NCBI GenBank assembly: GCA_902568875.1
Contig: CACFSG010000002.1
Coordinates: 1,564-65,563, forward strand
DNA: 64,000 nt
Direction of reading: 5' to 3'
From: an uncultured Pelagibacteraceae bacterium
GTDB lineage: Bacteria; Pseudomonadota; Alphaproteobacteria; Pelagibacterales; Pelagibacteraceae
Below the pieces are notes generated by a model. The model was not told the DNA's origin, searched no databases, and saw only the letters and a list, made by a program, of their open reading frames with translations. The first letter of the stretch is position 1; the number at the start of each line of letters is the position of its first letter. Below, in pieces: positions 10,903 to 20,309 of this stretch. The position numbers were made by a program, and so were the translations under genes.

Positions 10903-10936
10903 TTGTAACAAAACTTTAACTTTCCTTTAATAAAAT
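10903..10936 (+). promoter_or_regulatory. Pho box plus -10 element of pstS
   Basis: TTGTAAC-AAAA-CTTTAAC (10903-10920), a third 11-bp-phased half-site CTTTAAT (10925-10931), and TAAAAT exactly 10 bp after the box. This is the canonical PhoB promoter layout. Confidence 0.75.
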
Positions 10937-10990
10937 ATTTAAGATTCAGATTTAACTATTGATGCATAACGAATCTAAAAAAGGAGAAAT

Positions 10991-12019
10991 ATGAATAGAT
11001 TAGTAAAAATTTTATTAGGATTTCTTTTAGTACTTAGTTTTACAACAACTAGTTATGCAAGAGATCAAATAAAAATCGTAGGTTCTTCTACTGTTTACCC
11101 ATATGCTACAGTTGTAGCTGAAAAGTTTGGTAAAGGTGGAAAATTCAAGACACCAGTAATCGAAAGTACAGGAACTGGTGGAGGAATGAAATTGTTCTGC
11201 GCAGGTGTAGGAGCAAATCATCCAGATATAACAAATGCATCAAGAGCAATTAAAACAAAAGAAAAAGCTTTATGTGAGAAAAATGGAGTTGCCGAAATTA
11301 TTGAAATAGTAGTTGGTAATGATGGTATTTCATTTGCACACTCAGTGAATGCTCCAGATGCAGATTTTACAAAAGAACAACTTTGGAGAGCATTAGCAGC
11401 TAAAGTAGATGTCGATGGTAAACTTGTTGAAAATCCTTACAAAAAATGGAGTGATATTGACTCGAGCTTGCCAGGCAAAAAAATTGAGATTTTGATTGCT
11501 CCACCAACATCAGGAACTAGAGATGCATGGAATTCTTTAGTTATGGGTAAAGGATGTTCAAAAACAGCAAAATCTCTTTACGATGCTGCAGGTAAAAAAG
11601 CTAAAAAAGAATGTGCTAAAATGAGAGAAGATGGTTATGCAGTTGAAGCTGGTGAAAATGACACTTTAATTGTACAAAAACTTTCTTCTAATCCTGATGC
11701 ATTTGGTTTTTTTGGTTATAGTTACTTAGTTGCCAACAAGGATAAAATCAAAGCATCTTCAATTAATGGTGTACAACCATCTTTAGAAGGTATTCAAGAT
11801 TATTCTTATCCAATAGCAAGACCATTATTCTTTTATGTGAAGAAAGCACATATTGGAGTAATACCTGGTATTCAAGAATATATGAAAGAATTTACTTCCA
11901 AAAAATCTATGGGTAGCAGAGGTTACTTAGCAGAGATAGGATTAGTTCCATTAGCTGCTGATAAATACAAAGTTACTAGAACAGCTGCAGTAGATTTGAA
12001 TACAATCAAGATAAAATAA
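10991..12019 (+). CDS. pstS: Phosphate ABC transporter substrate-binding protein
   Basis: Signal peptide, IVGSSTVYP, ESTGTGGG, NASR, PPTSGTRD and YPIARPLFFY; strong SD AAGGAG. Confidence 0.95.
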   Translation: MNRLVKILLGFLLVLSFTTTSYARDQIKIVGSSTVYPYATVVAEKFGKGGKFKTPVIESTGTGGGMKLFCAGVGANHPDITNASRAIKTKEKALCEKNGVAEIIEIVVGNDGISFAHSVNAPDADFTKEQLWRALAAKVDVDGKLVENPYKKWSDIDSSLPGKKIEILIAPPTSGTRDAWNSLVMGKGCSKTAKSLYDAAGKKAKKECAKMREDGYAVEAGENDTLIVQKLSSNPDAFGFFGYSYLVANKDKIKASSINGVQPSLEGIQDYSYPIARPLFFYVKKAHIGVIPGIQEYMKEFTSKKSMGSRGYLAEIGLVPLAADKYKVTRTAAVDLNTIKIK

Positions 12020-12034
12020 GTTTCATTTATCCCC

Positions 12035-12068
12035 AAAAAAAGGCCAGTAAATACTGGCCTTTTTTTTT
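12035..12068 (+). terminator. Intrinsic (bidirectional-looking) terminator after pstS
   Basis: AAAAAAA-GGCCAGTA-AA-TACTGGCC-TTTTTTTTT, a perfect GC-rich hairpin with a U tract. Confidence 0.88.
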
Positions 12069-12088
12069 AATTCAATCTTAGATTTAAA

Positions 12089-12106
12089 TTGTAATATTTC
12101 TGTAAC
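12089..12106 (+). promoter_or_regulatory. Second Pho box upstream of pstC
   Basis: TTGTAAT-ATTT-CTGTAAC, a 7-4-7 direct repeat close to the CTGTCAT-N4-CTGTCAY consensus, 25 bp before the pstC ATG. Confidence 0.68.
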
Positions 12107-12131
12107 AAAAGAAATATATCAATCTGGACGA

Positions 12132-13535
12132 ATGAACTTCGTTCTTTTATTTTTAATAACAATATTTTCTTTATCTTTGTTCTTTTATGGAAGGTCAAAA
12201 ACTAAAAGTATTTCAATTGAGAAAAATATAAGACTAAATGCTTTACCAAAATTTTATGGATACTATCTTGTTTTATGGTGTTCAATACCAGCATTAGTAT
12301 TTTTATTGGTCTGGTCATTATTTGAACCCGTAATCATTAAATCTATAATTATTGAAACAGCTGCAAATCAAGGTGCAATTTTTAGTGATAAAAATGAAGC
12401 AAATTTAATATATGAAAAAATTAAGGCTATTCATTTAGGTACTTATTTTGGAGATATAGACAGTATATTAAGAGAAAGTGCTCTTGCTTATGCAAAATTT
12501 ATAAATCTTTTTACAAATTCAAAAGTAGTTTTAATTTTTGGTATAATTATAGCCTCAGTTATTTACTCTCTAAAAAAAATAAAGAATAACAATAAAGCTA
12601 GAGACGATGTGGAAGTTATATTAAAGGGTTTATTGTTTGTATCTTCCCTAATAGCAATTCTAACTACTCTTGGAATAATATTTTCACTACTTTTTGAAAG
12701 TATAAAGTTTTTTTCAGTCATTAATGTTTTTGATTATTTATTTGGTACAAATTGGAGTCCTCAAAGAGCCTTTGTTAGAGATGCCTCATCAATAACCGCA
12801 GCTGAATTTGAAGAGTTAAAAGATGCTTTTGGCTTTATTCCATTAATTGCAGGGACATCTTTTATAGCTTTTATTGCAATGTTGGTAGCTGTTCCTATTG
12901 GTCTATTTTCAGGAATTTACATGGCTGAATATGCTTCAATTAAAGTAAGAAGAATTTCAAAACCAATTATTGAAATTTTAGCAGGAATACCAACTGTAGT
13001 TTATGGTTTCTTTGCTGCATTAACTGTTGGACCTTTTTTTAGACAAGTAGGTGAAAATTTAGGATTAACTGTTTCATCTGAAAGTGCTTTAGCCGCAGGA
13101 TTAATTATGGGAATAATGATTATTCCTTATGTTTCATCTTTATCTGATGATGTAATTAATTCTGTCCCACAATCATTAAGAGATGGTTCATATGCTGTAG
13201 GAGCCACTAAATCAGAAACTATTAAACAAGTCGTAATACCTGCTGCTCTTCCAGGGATTATAGGATCAGTTCTATTGGCAGTATCAAGAGCGATAGGTGA
13301 AACAATGATAGTTGTCATGGCAGCTGGCCTTGCTGCAAATCTTACAATTAATCCTTTAGAGTCTACTACAACAATCACAACTCAAATTGTAATGATACTT
13401 GTTGGTGACCAAGAATTTGATAGTCCGAAAACTCAATCTGCTTTTGCTTTAGGACTTACATTATTCATAGCAACATTAATATTGAATTATATCGCTCAAA
13501 GAGCAGTCAAAAAATATAGAGAGAAGTATGACTAA
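12132..13535 (+). CDS. pstC: Phosphate ABC transporter permease PstC
   Basis: EILAGIPTVVYGFF and SRAIGETMIV motifs; N-terminal extension typical of alphaproteobacterial PstC. Confidence 0.93.
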   Translation: MNFVLLFLITIFSLSLFFYGRSKTKSISIEKNIRLNALPKFYGYYLVLWCSIPALVFLLVWSLFEPVIIKSIIIETAANQGAIFSDKNEANLIYEKIKAIHLGTYFGDIDSILRESALAYAKFINLFTNSKVVLIFGIIIASVIYSLKKIKNNNKARDDVEVILKGLLFVSSLIAILTTLGIIFSLLFESIKFFSVINVFDYLFGTNWSPQRAFVRDASSITAAEFEELKDAFGFIPLIAGTSFIAFIAMLVAVPIGLFSGIYMAEYASIKVRRISKPIIEILAGIPTVVYGFFAALTVGPFFRQVGENLGLTVSSESALAAGLIMGIMIIPYVSSLSDDVINSVPQSLRDGSYAVGATKSETIKQVVIPAALPGIIGSVLLAVSRAIGETMIVVMAAGLAANLTINPLESTTTITTQIVMILVGDQEFDSPKTQSAFALGLTLFIATLILNYIAQRAVKKYREKYD

Positions 13536-14790
13536 AGAAGAAAGATTAAAAAAAAGACACCGAGCAGAAAAAAGGTTTAGATTTTACGGATTAACATCTA
13601 TCTTTGTTGCTTTGTTGTTTGTTGTTATTCTAGTTCAAAATATTTTCTCAAAAGGAAGTTCAGCCTTTAAAAAAACAGTAATTACCACTGAAGTTTTCTT
13701 TGATCAGGAATTACTAGAAATTCAAAATGGCGCATCCCAAGAAGAAATAATGGAAGCTGATTTTTACGATATAATGATCGAAAATTTAATAAAGGCTTAT
13801 CCAGCAAAAGATAGAGATGAGGAAGATGAATTATTAAAACTATTTAGTGGTGATGCTGAAATTGAGATTAAAAAAGCTTTTTTAAATGATAATAACTTAA
13901 TAGGAAAAACAATCACATTAGATTTAACAGCTTCTGATGACATTGATCAATTACATAAAGGTAATTATCCAAGAGATTTACCCGAAGAAAGAAGAAGAAT
14001 TTCTGACTTTCAATTAGTTATTTATGATTATTTTGTTGAAAATAAAAAGATAAGTAAAAATTTTAACAATTATTTCTTTAACAATGGTGACTCTAGAGAT
14101 CCAGAACTAGCAGGTATAGGTGGAGCTTTAGTTGGATCATTTTATAGTATTTTAATTTGTTTATTACTAGCTTTTCCAGTGGCTGTTCTAGCGTCGATTT
14201 ACTTGGAAGAGTTTGCTCCTAAAAATAAAATCACAGATTTTATTGAAATTAATATAAATAATTTAGCAGCAGTGCCATCTATTGTTTACGGTTTGCTTGC
14301 TTTACAAATTTTACTTGCAACTATCCAATTACCGAGATCAACACCATTAGTTGCTGGAATAACTTTAGCGCTAATGACTTTACCAAGAATTATTATTCCA
14401 TGTAGAGCTTCATTAAAAGCTGTTCCACCTTCAATAAGAGAGGGCGCTCTAGCAGTTGGTGCATCTAAATTTCAATCTGTTTTTCATCATGTAGTGCCGT
14501 TAGCACTACCCGGCACTTTATCAGGAACTATAATCGGATTAGCTCAAGCATTAGGTGAAACAGCACCACTTATATTAATTGGAATGGTAGCATTTGTTGT
14601 TGACATACCATCAAGTCCAGTTGATCCATCATCTTCATTACCTGTTCAAGTGTATTTATGGTCTGAGTCTGCAGAAAGAGGTTTTGTTGAAAAAACTTCA
14701 GCAACTATTATGATGCTCTTAAGCTTTTTAATTGTAATGAATTTTATTGCAGTTTACTTGAGACAAAAATTTGAAAAACGATGGAACTAA
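13528..14790 (+). CDS. pstA: Phosphate ABC transporter permease PstA
   Basis: YLEEFAP, NLAAVPSIVYGL and ALGETAPL motifs. Confidence 0.93.
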   Translation: MTKEERLKKRHRAEKRFRFYGLTSIFVALLFVVILVQNIFSKGSSAFKKTVITTEVFFDQELLEIQNGASQEEIMEADFYDIMIENLIKAYPAKDRDEEDELLKLFSGDAEIEIKKAFLNDNNLIGKTITLDLTASDDIDQLHKGNYPRDLPEERRRISDFQLVIYDYFVENKKISKNFNNYFFNNGDSRDPELAGIGGALVGSFYSILICLLLAFPVAVLASIYLEEFAPKNKITDFIEININNLAAVPSIVYGLLALQILLATIQLPRSTPLVAGITLALMTLPRIIIPCRASLKAVPPSIREGALAVGASKFQSVFHHVVPLALPGTLSGTIIGLAQALGETAPLILIGMVAFVVDIPSSPVDPSSSLPVQVYLWSESAERGFVEKTSATIMMLLSFLIVMNFIAVYLRQKFEKRWN

Positions 14791-15552
14791 ATGAACAACA
14801 TTAAAATAAAATCAAAAAACTTGAATGTTTATTATGGTGATAAACAAGCACTATTTGATGTTAATTTAGATTTGAATGAAAAAGAGGTAACTGCATTAAT
14901 TGGTCCATCAGGATGTGGTAAATCAACTTTCATAAGATGCATTAATAGAATGAATGATGTTATTGATATTTGTAAAGTTACTGGAAATATCGAAATGGAT
15001 GGTATGAATATTAATGATAAAGATTTAGACGTTGTCTCATTAAGAGAAAGAGTTGGAATGGTTTTTCAAAAGCCAAATCCTTTTCCAAAAAGTATATATG
15101 ATAATATTTCGTATGGTCCTAAAATTCATGGAAAAGGTGAAACTAAAAGCGAATTAAATCAAATTGTTGAAAATAGTTTAAAAAAATCTGCTTTATGGGA
15201 AGAAGTTAAAGATAGACTTGATGAACCAGGCACAAGTTTATCTGGAGGGCAGCAACAAAGACTTTGTATAGCGAGAGCTATATCTGTTAATCCTGAAGTA
15301 ATCTTAATGGATGAACCATGTTCTGCATTAGACCCAATTGCTACTGCAAAAATTGAGGAATTAATTGATGAATTAAAAAAAACTTATACGATTGTTATAG
15401 TGACACACTCAATGGCTCAGGCTGTACGTGTTTCACAAAAAACAGGGTTTTTTCACCTAGGAAAGTTAATTGAAGTTGGAAAAACTGAGAAAATTTTTAA
15501 AAATCCTGACAATAAAATGACACAAGACTATATTACAGGTAGATTTGGATAA
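14791..15552 (+). CDS. pstB: Phosphate ABC transporter ATP-binding protein
   Basis: [30 protein letters not shown], and C-terminal YITGRFG. Confidence 0.96.
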   Translation: MNNIKIKSKNLNVYYGDKQALFDVNLDLNEKEVTALIGPSGCGKSTFIRCINRMNDVIDICKVTGNIEMDGMNINDKDLDVVSLRERVGMVFQKPNPFPKSIYDNISYGPKIHGKGETKSELNQIVENSLKKSALWEEVKDRLDEPGTSLSGGQQQRLCIARAISVNPEVILMDEPCSALDPIATAKIEELIDELKKTYTIVIVTHSMAQAVRVSQKTGFFHLGKLIEVGKTEKIFKNPDNKMTQDYITGRFG

Positions 15553-15555
15553 ATT

Positions 15556-16248
15556 ATGAGCAATGAACATACAGTAAAGTCTTACGAAGAAGAACTTCAG
15601 TTCCTTAAAGACTCATTAATTAAAATGGGTAGCTTAACCGAGTCACAATTAAGTGATGCAATGGATGCGGTAATTAAAGTTGATAAGGACTCAATTGATA
15701 AAATTATTAAAAGTGATGAAGAAATTAACAAATTTAGATCTAAAATAGATACTCAAATAATGAATTTACTAGTTAAAAGAGCACCTATGGCTATTGATTT
15801 AAGAGAAACTATAAGTTCATTAAAAATCTCTCAAGATTTAGAAAGAATAGGAGATCTTTCAAAGAGTAATGCAAAAAAAGTTAAACCTTTACCACTAGAT
15901 TTACCTGATGAATTATTAGGGAATTTAAAAAGACTTGGAGAGCTTGTTATAAAACAATTAACTGATGTGCTTGATAGTTATGTGAACAAAAACTTTGATA
16001 AAGCTAAAGAAGTTTGGGAAAAAGATGAACAAGTTGATGACTTAACTTATATCGCAATGGAAAGTGTAATAGATTTTTTATCTAAAGATAAAAAAAACTT
16101 AGATTTTTCAACGCATTTAATTTTTGCTACAAAAAATTTGGAAAGAGCAGGCGATCATATAACGAATATCGCTGAGACGGTATGTTATTTAGTAAAGGGC
16201 GAATATCTAAAAGGTAGTAGGCCAAAGGGTAAAGTAATCCAAGAATAA
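15556..16248 (+). CDS. phoU: Phosphate signalling protein PhoU
   Basis: Two PhoU repeats (DLERIGD, LERAGDHITNIAE). Confidence 0.95.
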   Translation: MSNEHTVKSYEEELQFLKDSLIKMGSLTESQLSDAMDAVIKVDKDSIDKIIKSDEEINKFRSKIDTQIMNLLVKRAPMAIDLRETISSLKISQDLERIGDLSKSNAKKVKPLPLDLPDELLGNLKRLGELVIKQLTDVLDSYVNKNFDKAKEVWEKDEQVDDLTYIAMESVIDFLSKDKKNLDFSTHLIFATKNLERAGDHITNIAETVCYLVKGEYLKGSRPKGKVIQE

Positions 16249-16252
16249 TTTG

Positions 16253-16933
16253 ATGAAAGGAAAAATTTTTATTATTGAAGATGAAGCTTCAATAATTCAA
16301 TTAGTCCAACTTAATTTAGAAAAAGAGGGTTTTGTTGTCTCTTCATCATTAAACGGAAATGAAGGTTTAAAAGAACTAAAAAAATTTGAACCTAATCTAC
16401 TCTTATTAGATTGGATGCTGCCAGATTTATCAGGCATAGATGTCTGCAAAAATATTAGAAGAGACAGTAATTTTAAAACTCTTCCTATTATTATGCTTAC
16501 AGCCAAAGGTGAAGAGGAAGATAAAATTAAAGGTCTTGAAAGTGGTGTAGATGATTACATTACAAAACCATTTAGTTTTAATGAACTACATGCTCGAATA
16601 AAAGCAGTTCTGAGAAGATCTGATCCTAATATTGTTGCTAATGATTTAACATTTGAGGATTTAAAATTAGATAGAATAGAAAAAAGAGTTTTTAGAGCAG
16701 ATAAAGAAATTCAACTTGGCCCTACAGAATTTAGACTATTAGAGTTTTTCTTAACAAATCCAAAAAGAGTCTATTCAAGAGATCAAATTCTCGAAACTGT
16801 TTGGCCCAACAATGTCAATGTCGAAAGTAGAACTATAGATGTTCATATAAGAAGATTAAGACAATCGATAAATATTAAAGACAAAAAAGAATTAATCAGA
16901 ACAGTTAGATCTTCAGGTTACTCTTTAGTTTAA
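16253..16933 (+). CDS. phoB: Phosphate regulon response regulator
   Basis: LLDWMLP receiver domain, LGPTEFRLL, and RTIDVHIRRLR / IRTVRSSGY winged helix; ATG at 16253. Confidence 0.95.
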   Translation: MKGKIFIIEDEASIIQLVQLNLEKEGFVVSSSLNGNEGLKELKKFEPNLLLLDWMLPDLSGIDVCKNIRRDSNFKTLPIIMLTAKGEEEDKIKGLESGVDDYITKPFSFNELHARIKAVLRRSDPNIVANDLTFEDLKLDRIEKRVFRADKEIQLGPTEFRLLEFFLTNPKRVYSRDQILETVWPNNVNVESRTIDVHIRRLRQSINIKDKKELIRTVRSSGYSLV

Positions 16934-16934
16934 A

Positions 16935-17594
16935 CTAATTCTTTTCTAAAAATACCTTTTTAACAATAAATACAGCAATTAACATTCCGATAAGCTCAGC
17001 TAAAATATAATAAGGAGTATTTAAATAACTAATACCAGTAAAAGACTCTGTAAATGTTCTAGCAATTGCAACTGCTGGATTTGCAAATGAAGTTGAGGAA
17101 GTAAACCAATAACCTGCAGTAATATAAAGCCCAACACTAGCTGCAACAGCAATTTTACCTGACTTCATTGAACCAAAAATTATTATTATAAGCCCTAATG
17201 TTGCTATTACCTCAGATGTAAATATGTAAATTCCATCTCTTGACTTAGTAGACAATTCATAAATTTCATGTTCAAAAAAGAAATTAGCTAAACCAACACC
17301 AATCAAGCAACCAACCAATTGAGCAATAATATAGTAGGGTAATAGTTTCTTTTTTAATTTACCTGTTATTGTCATAGCGATACTTACAAATGGATTAAAG
17401 TGAGCTCCTGATACATCAGCAAATACTGTAATAAGCACAAATAAACCTGCTCCTGTTGCTATTGTGTTTGCAATTAACATTACAGCAACGTCATTAGTTA
17501 AGTTCTCAGCCATTAAACCTGAGCCAACAATAATCATCACTAAAAAACAACTTCCTATTAATTCAGCAAGAAAATAACGACTTTTATTTTTCAT
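16935..17594 (-). CDS. MIP/aquaporin family channel, AqpS-like (candidate arsenite efflux)
   Basis: SGAHFNPFVS (first NPA is NPF) and YITAGYWFTSSTSFANPAV, typical of ars-associated aquaglyceroporins; overlaps arsC. Confidence 0.85.
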   Translation of the reverse strand: MKNKSRYFLAELIGSCFLVMIIVGSGLMAENLTNDVAVMLIANTIATGAGLFVLITVFADVSGAHFNPFVSIAMTITGKLKKKLLPYYIIAQLVGCLIGVGLANFFFEHEIYELSTKSRDGIYIFTSEVIATLGLIIIIFGSMKSGKIAVAASVGLYITAGYWFTSSTSFANPAVAIARTFTESFTGISYLNTPYYILAELIGMLIAVFIVKKVFLEKN

Positions 17595-18015
17595 TAAGCA
17601 GTTCCTTTATTCTTTTATGAATATTATTGTAAACTTTTTCAATAATCTCATCTTTTCTATTTATGTCATTTGTTTCATTAAGTAATTTAACAGGATCCTC
17701 TATATCCCAATGAATTATCTGATCTTTATTTGGCCAAATAGGGCAGACTTCGTTATTAGCATTATTACAAACTGTAATAACATAATCCATTTTAATTTGA
17801 CCATTAATAAACTCATTAAAATTTTTAGATCTATAATTTGAAAGATCATAATGTTTTGATAATAAATAATTCTTCACATCTTCGTTAATTTTTCCTGTTG
17901 GATTACTCCCGGCACTAAAACCTTTATACAAATCGTCATACTCATTATTTATAATACTTTCAGCAATAATACTTCTTGCTGAATTACCTGTGCATACAAA
18001 CAATATATTCTTCAT
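17584..18015 (-). CDS. arsC: Arsenate reductase, LMW-PTP fold (thioredoxin-type ArsC)
   Basis: P-loop VCTGNSARS, SAGSNP, two resolving Cys in TVCNNANNEVCPIWP, and HWDIEDP. Confidence 0.85.
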   Translation of the reverse strand: MKNILFVCTGNSARSIIAESIINNEYDDLYKGFSAGSNPTGKINEDVKNYLLSKHYDLSNYRSKNFNEFINGQIKMDYVITVCNNANNEVCPIWPNKDQIIHWDIEDPVKLLNETNDINRKDEIIEKVYNNIHKRIKELLNEK

Positions 18016-18237
18016 TTAAAAAATAATCTTATAAATCCCAATAACAAATAATGGAATTTGTAATCCGAAGTTTGTTAGTATCGCTTTATCTTTGCTGATA
18101 AATCCAGCGACAGTCCATCCAACAACTCCTAATCCATGAAAATATATATTTAATGGATATATATTTAAATTTGTAAGAAGTATTCCTACTAAAACTAAAA
18201 ACGTACTAATCCATTTTAGATATTTTTTTATAAACAT
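18016..18237 (-). CDS. Small (73 aa) multi-TM membrane protein of unknown function, first gene of the ars cassette
   Basis: Hydrophobic ORF (KWISTFLVLVGILLT..YPLNIYF..GW..G....D.A...N) with SD AAAGGA; its stop abuts the arsC start. Confidence 0.75.
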   Translation of the reverse strand: MFIKKYLKWISTFLVLVGILLTNLNIYPLNIYFHGLGVVGWTVAGFISKDKAILTNFGLQIPLFVIGIYKIIF

Positions 18238-18259
18238 AAAATTTCCTTTCGTTATTATT

Positions 18260-18288
18260 ATTTCAGTTATGTTAAGAATTTATTAAAA
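18260..18288 (-). promoter_or_regulatory. Candidate Pho-box array upstream of the ars cassette
   Basis: The minus strand reads TTTTAAT-AAAT-TCTTAAC-ATAA-CTGAAAT: three 11-bp-phased half-sites resembling the YTKTAAY repeats at pstS and pstC. Confidence 0.45.
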
Positions 18289-18295
18289 TAAAGGA

Positions 18296-18688
18296 TTATC
18301 TACACTTTTTACATAATCCAAAAAACTCAAGATTGTATTTACTATATTTCATACCATCTTTGTCTTTGAAATTAGCTAAGTATTTAGAAAGACCTGCGCT
18401 ACTTATTTCTGTTACTTTTTCACAAATCTCACAGATTGAAAAAGCAGTAGCTTTAGCTACCTGGCATCTTGAGTTATGACACGCAATAAAAGCATTTCGA
18501 CTTTCAATTTTATGAATTTTTCCTATTTCAACTAACTTATCTAATGCTCGATAAACTTGTAATGGAGCTTTGATACCTTTTTTTTGAACATTAAAAAGTA
18601 TTGTGTATGCTTTTAATGGTTCAGGTGATTTATCAATTAAATCAAAAATAATTTGCTGATTTTTAGAAAGATTGTCCATATTTTTCAT
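18296..18688 (-). CDS. zur: Zinc uptake regulator (Fur family)
   Basis: VYRALDKL, IHKIES, and two CxxC motifs (CEIC, CKKC); downstream of znuB. Confidence 0.88.
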   Translation of the reverse strand: MKNMDNLSKNQQIIFDLIDKSPEPLKAYTILFNVQKKGIKAPLQVYRALDKLVEIGKIHKIESRNAFIACHNSRCQVAKATAFSICEICEKVTEISSAGLSKYLANFKDKDGMKYSKYNLEFFGLCKKCR

Positions 18689-18703
18689 TTTACTGATTCC
18701 CCA

Positions 18704-19507
18704 CTAATTTTTCAATTTAATTGATTGTTTAATATTTAATAAAGAAAGTATGAACAGAAATAAAGCAGCGGCTATAATTGAAGGTCCAGACGATGTATTA
18801 AATTCTAAAGAAGAAAATAATCCTAATATTACTGACAATAAACCACCAATGATTGAGTAAACTACCATTTTCTGCGGACTATCTGAAATGTTTCTAGCCA
18901 TCGCTGCTGGTATAATTAACATTCCTGTAATCAATAATAATCCAACCATTTTAATTGATATCGCAATAATACCAGCCATTAAAATTGTAAAAATTGCTTT
19001 TGCTCTATCAGGATTTAAACCTTCCGCCTCAGCTAATTCATAATTTACAGTTGATGCAAATAAAGGTTTCCAAATTAATTTTAAGACTAATAAAATTAAT
19101 GCACCTCCTATCCATATAATTAATAAATCATCAACCGTCACTGCTAATATGTCTCCGAACAATAATCCCATAATATCAAATCTAATAAAAGTTAAAAAAC
19201 CAATAACCACAAGTCCAACAGCTAGTGAAGAGTGGGCTAAAAGTCCAAGTAAAGCATCACCAGGTAAATTAGTTCTTTTTTGAAGTTGTATTAAAATTAA
19301 AGCTATTAAAGATGAAATTATAAATACCGAAAAAGCAATGTTAATTTCAAAAGAATAAGCTAGAGTAACACCAAGCAATGCAGAGTGGGCGAGCGTATCT
19401 CCAAAATAAGATAATCTTCTCCAAATTACAAAACAACCAAGAGGGCCAGTTACGAATGCAACTCCAAGTCCTGCAACAAGTGCTCTTATAAAAAAATCAT
19501 CAAACAT
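18704..19507 (-). CDS. znuB: Zinc ABC transporter permease
   Basis: GPLGCFVIWRRLSYFGDTLAHSALLG and LFGDIL motifs. Confidence 0.93.
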   Translation of the reverse strand: MFDDFFIRALVAGLGVAFVTGPLGCFVIWRRLSYFGDTLAHSALLGVTLAYSFEINIAFSVFIISSLIALILIQLQKRTNLPGDALLGLLAHSSLAVGLVVIGFLTFIRFDIMGLLFGDILAVTVDDLLIIWIGGALILLVLKLIWKPLFASTVNYELAEAEGLNPDRAKAIFTILMAGIIAISIKMVGLLLITGMLIIPAAMARNISDSPQKMVVYSIIGGLLSVILGLFSSLEFNTSSGPSIIAAALFLFILSLLNIKQSIKLKN

Positions 19508-20254
19508 TTAATTTTTTTTTATACTCCCATCATTAGAATGTTCATGATCATGTTTATGTTCATATCTTGTAAGTATTTGAGACGCTTGTTCACCAAATAA
19601 AGCTTTGTATTCATTATTTCTTGCAACATCTATTGGCGATCCTGAACAACATACATGTCCATTTAAACAAACTACATGGTCTGTGGCGCTCATTACTGTA
19701 TGTAGATCATGTGAGATTAATAAAATACCACAATTTAATTCATCAGAAATTTTTTTAATTAATTCATACAAAGCAATTTCTCCAGTAAAATCTACACCTT
19801 GAACAGGTTCATCAAGTACTAATAATTCTGGTTTTTTTGAAATAGCTCTTGCTAGTAAAACTCTTTGAAATTCACCACCAGATAAATTTCCTAAATTCTT
19901 ATCTTTAAGATGTATCACTCCTGTTAATGATAAAGCCTTATTTATTGCTTCATCATCAAGGTTTTCAGTGAGTAACATAAAATCATGAACTCTAAGTGGC
20001 AATGTCCAATCTATGGAAATTTTTTGAGGAACATAGCCAACTTTATTCGTATATTTTTCAACTTCCCCGTCAATTTTTTTATAAATACCTAAAGCAATTT
20101 TTGCAGTTGTACTTTTACCTGAACCATTTGGTCCAATAAGAGTTACAATTTTTCCTTTTTCAACACTTAATGATACGCCTTTTACAAGCCACTTATTATT
20201 ATGCTGATATCCAGCATTATTTAACTTAACTAATAAATTATTATTTGAGCTCAT
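19508..20254 (-). CDS. znuC: Zinc ABC transporter ATP-binding protein
   Basis: GPNGSGKS, LSGGEFQRVLLARA, VCLNGHVCCSG, and a His-rich C-terminus. Confidence 0.93.
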   Translation of the reverse strand: MSSNNNLLVKLNNAGYQHNNKWLVKGVSLSVEKGKIVTLIGPNGSGKSTTAKIALGIYKKIDGEVEKYTNKVGYVPQKISIDWTLPLRVHDFMLLTENLDDEAINKALSLTGVIHLKDKNLGNLSGGEFQRVLLARAISKKPELLVLDEPVQGVDFTGEIALYELIKKISDELNCGILLISHDLHTVMSATDHVVCLNGHVCCSGSPIDVARNNEYKALFGEQASQILTRYEHKHDHEHSNDGSIKKN

Positions 20255-20276
20255 TTTATTACTTGACTTATAAAAA

Positions 20277-20309
20277 TGTTATATTATTACACAATGTTAT
20301 ATTATAACA
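20277..20309. promoter_or_regulatory. Two tandem Zur boxes in the divergent znuC/znuA promoter
   Basis: TGTTATATTATTACA (20277-20291) and the perfect palindrome TGTTATA-T-TATAACA (20295-20309), matching the proteobacterial Zur core TGTTATAWTATAACA. Confidence 0.85.

Noticed and set aside
9722-18295. Pho/ars block as a bona fide mobile element
   Set aside because: I saw no transposase or integrase, no flanking direct repeats, and composition like the host. It is at most a variable gene block.
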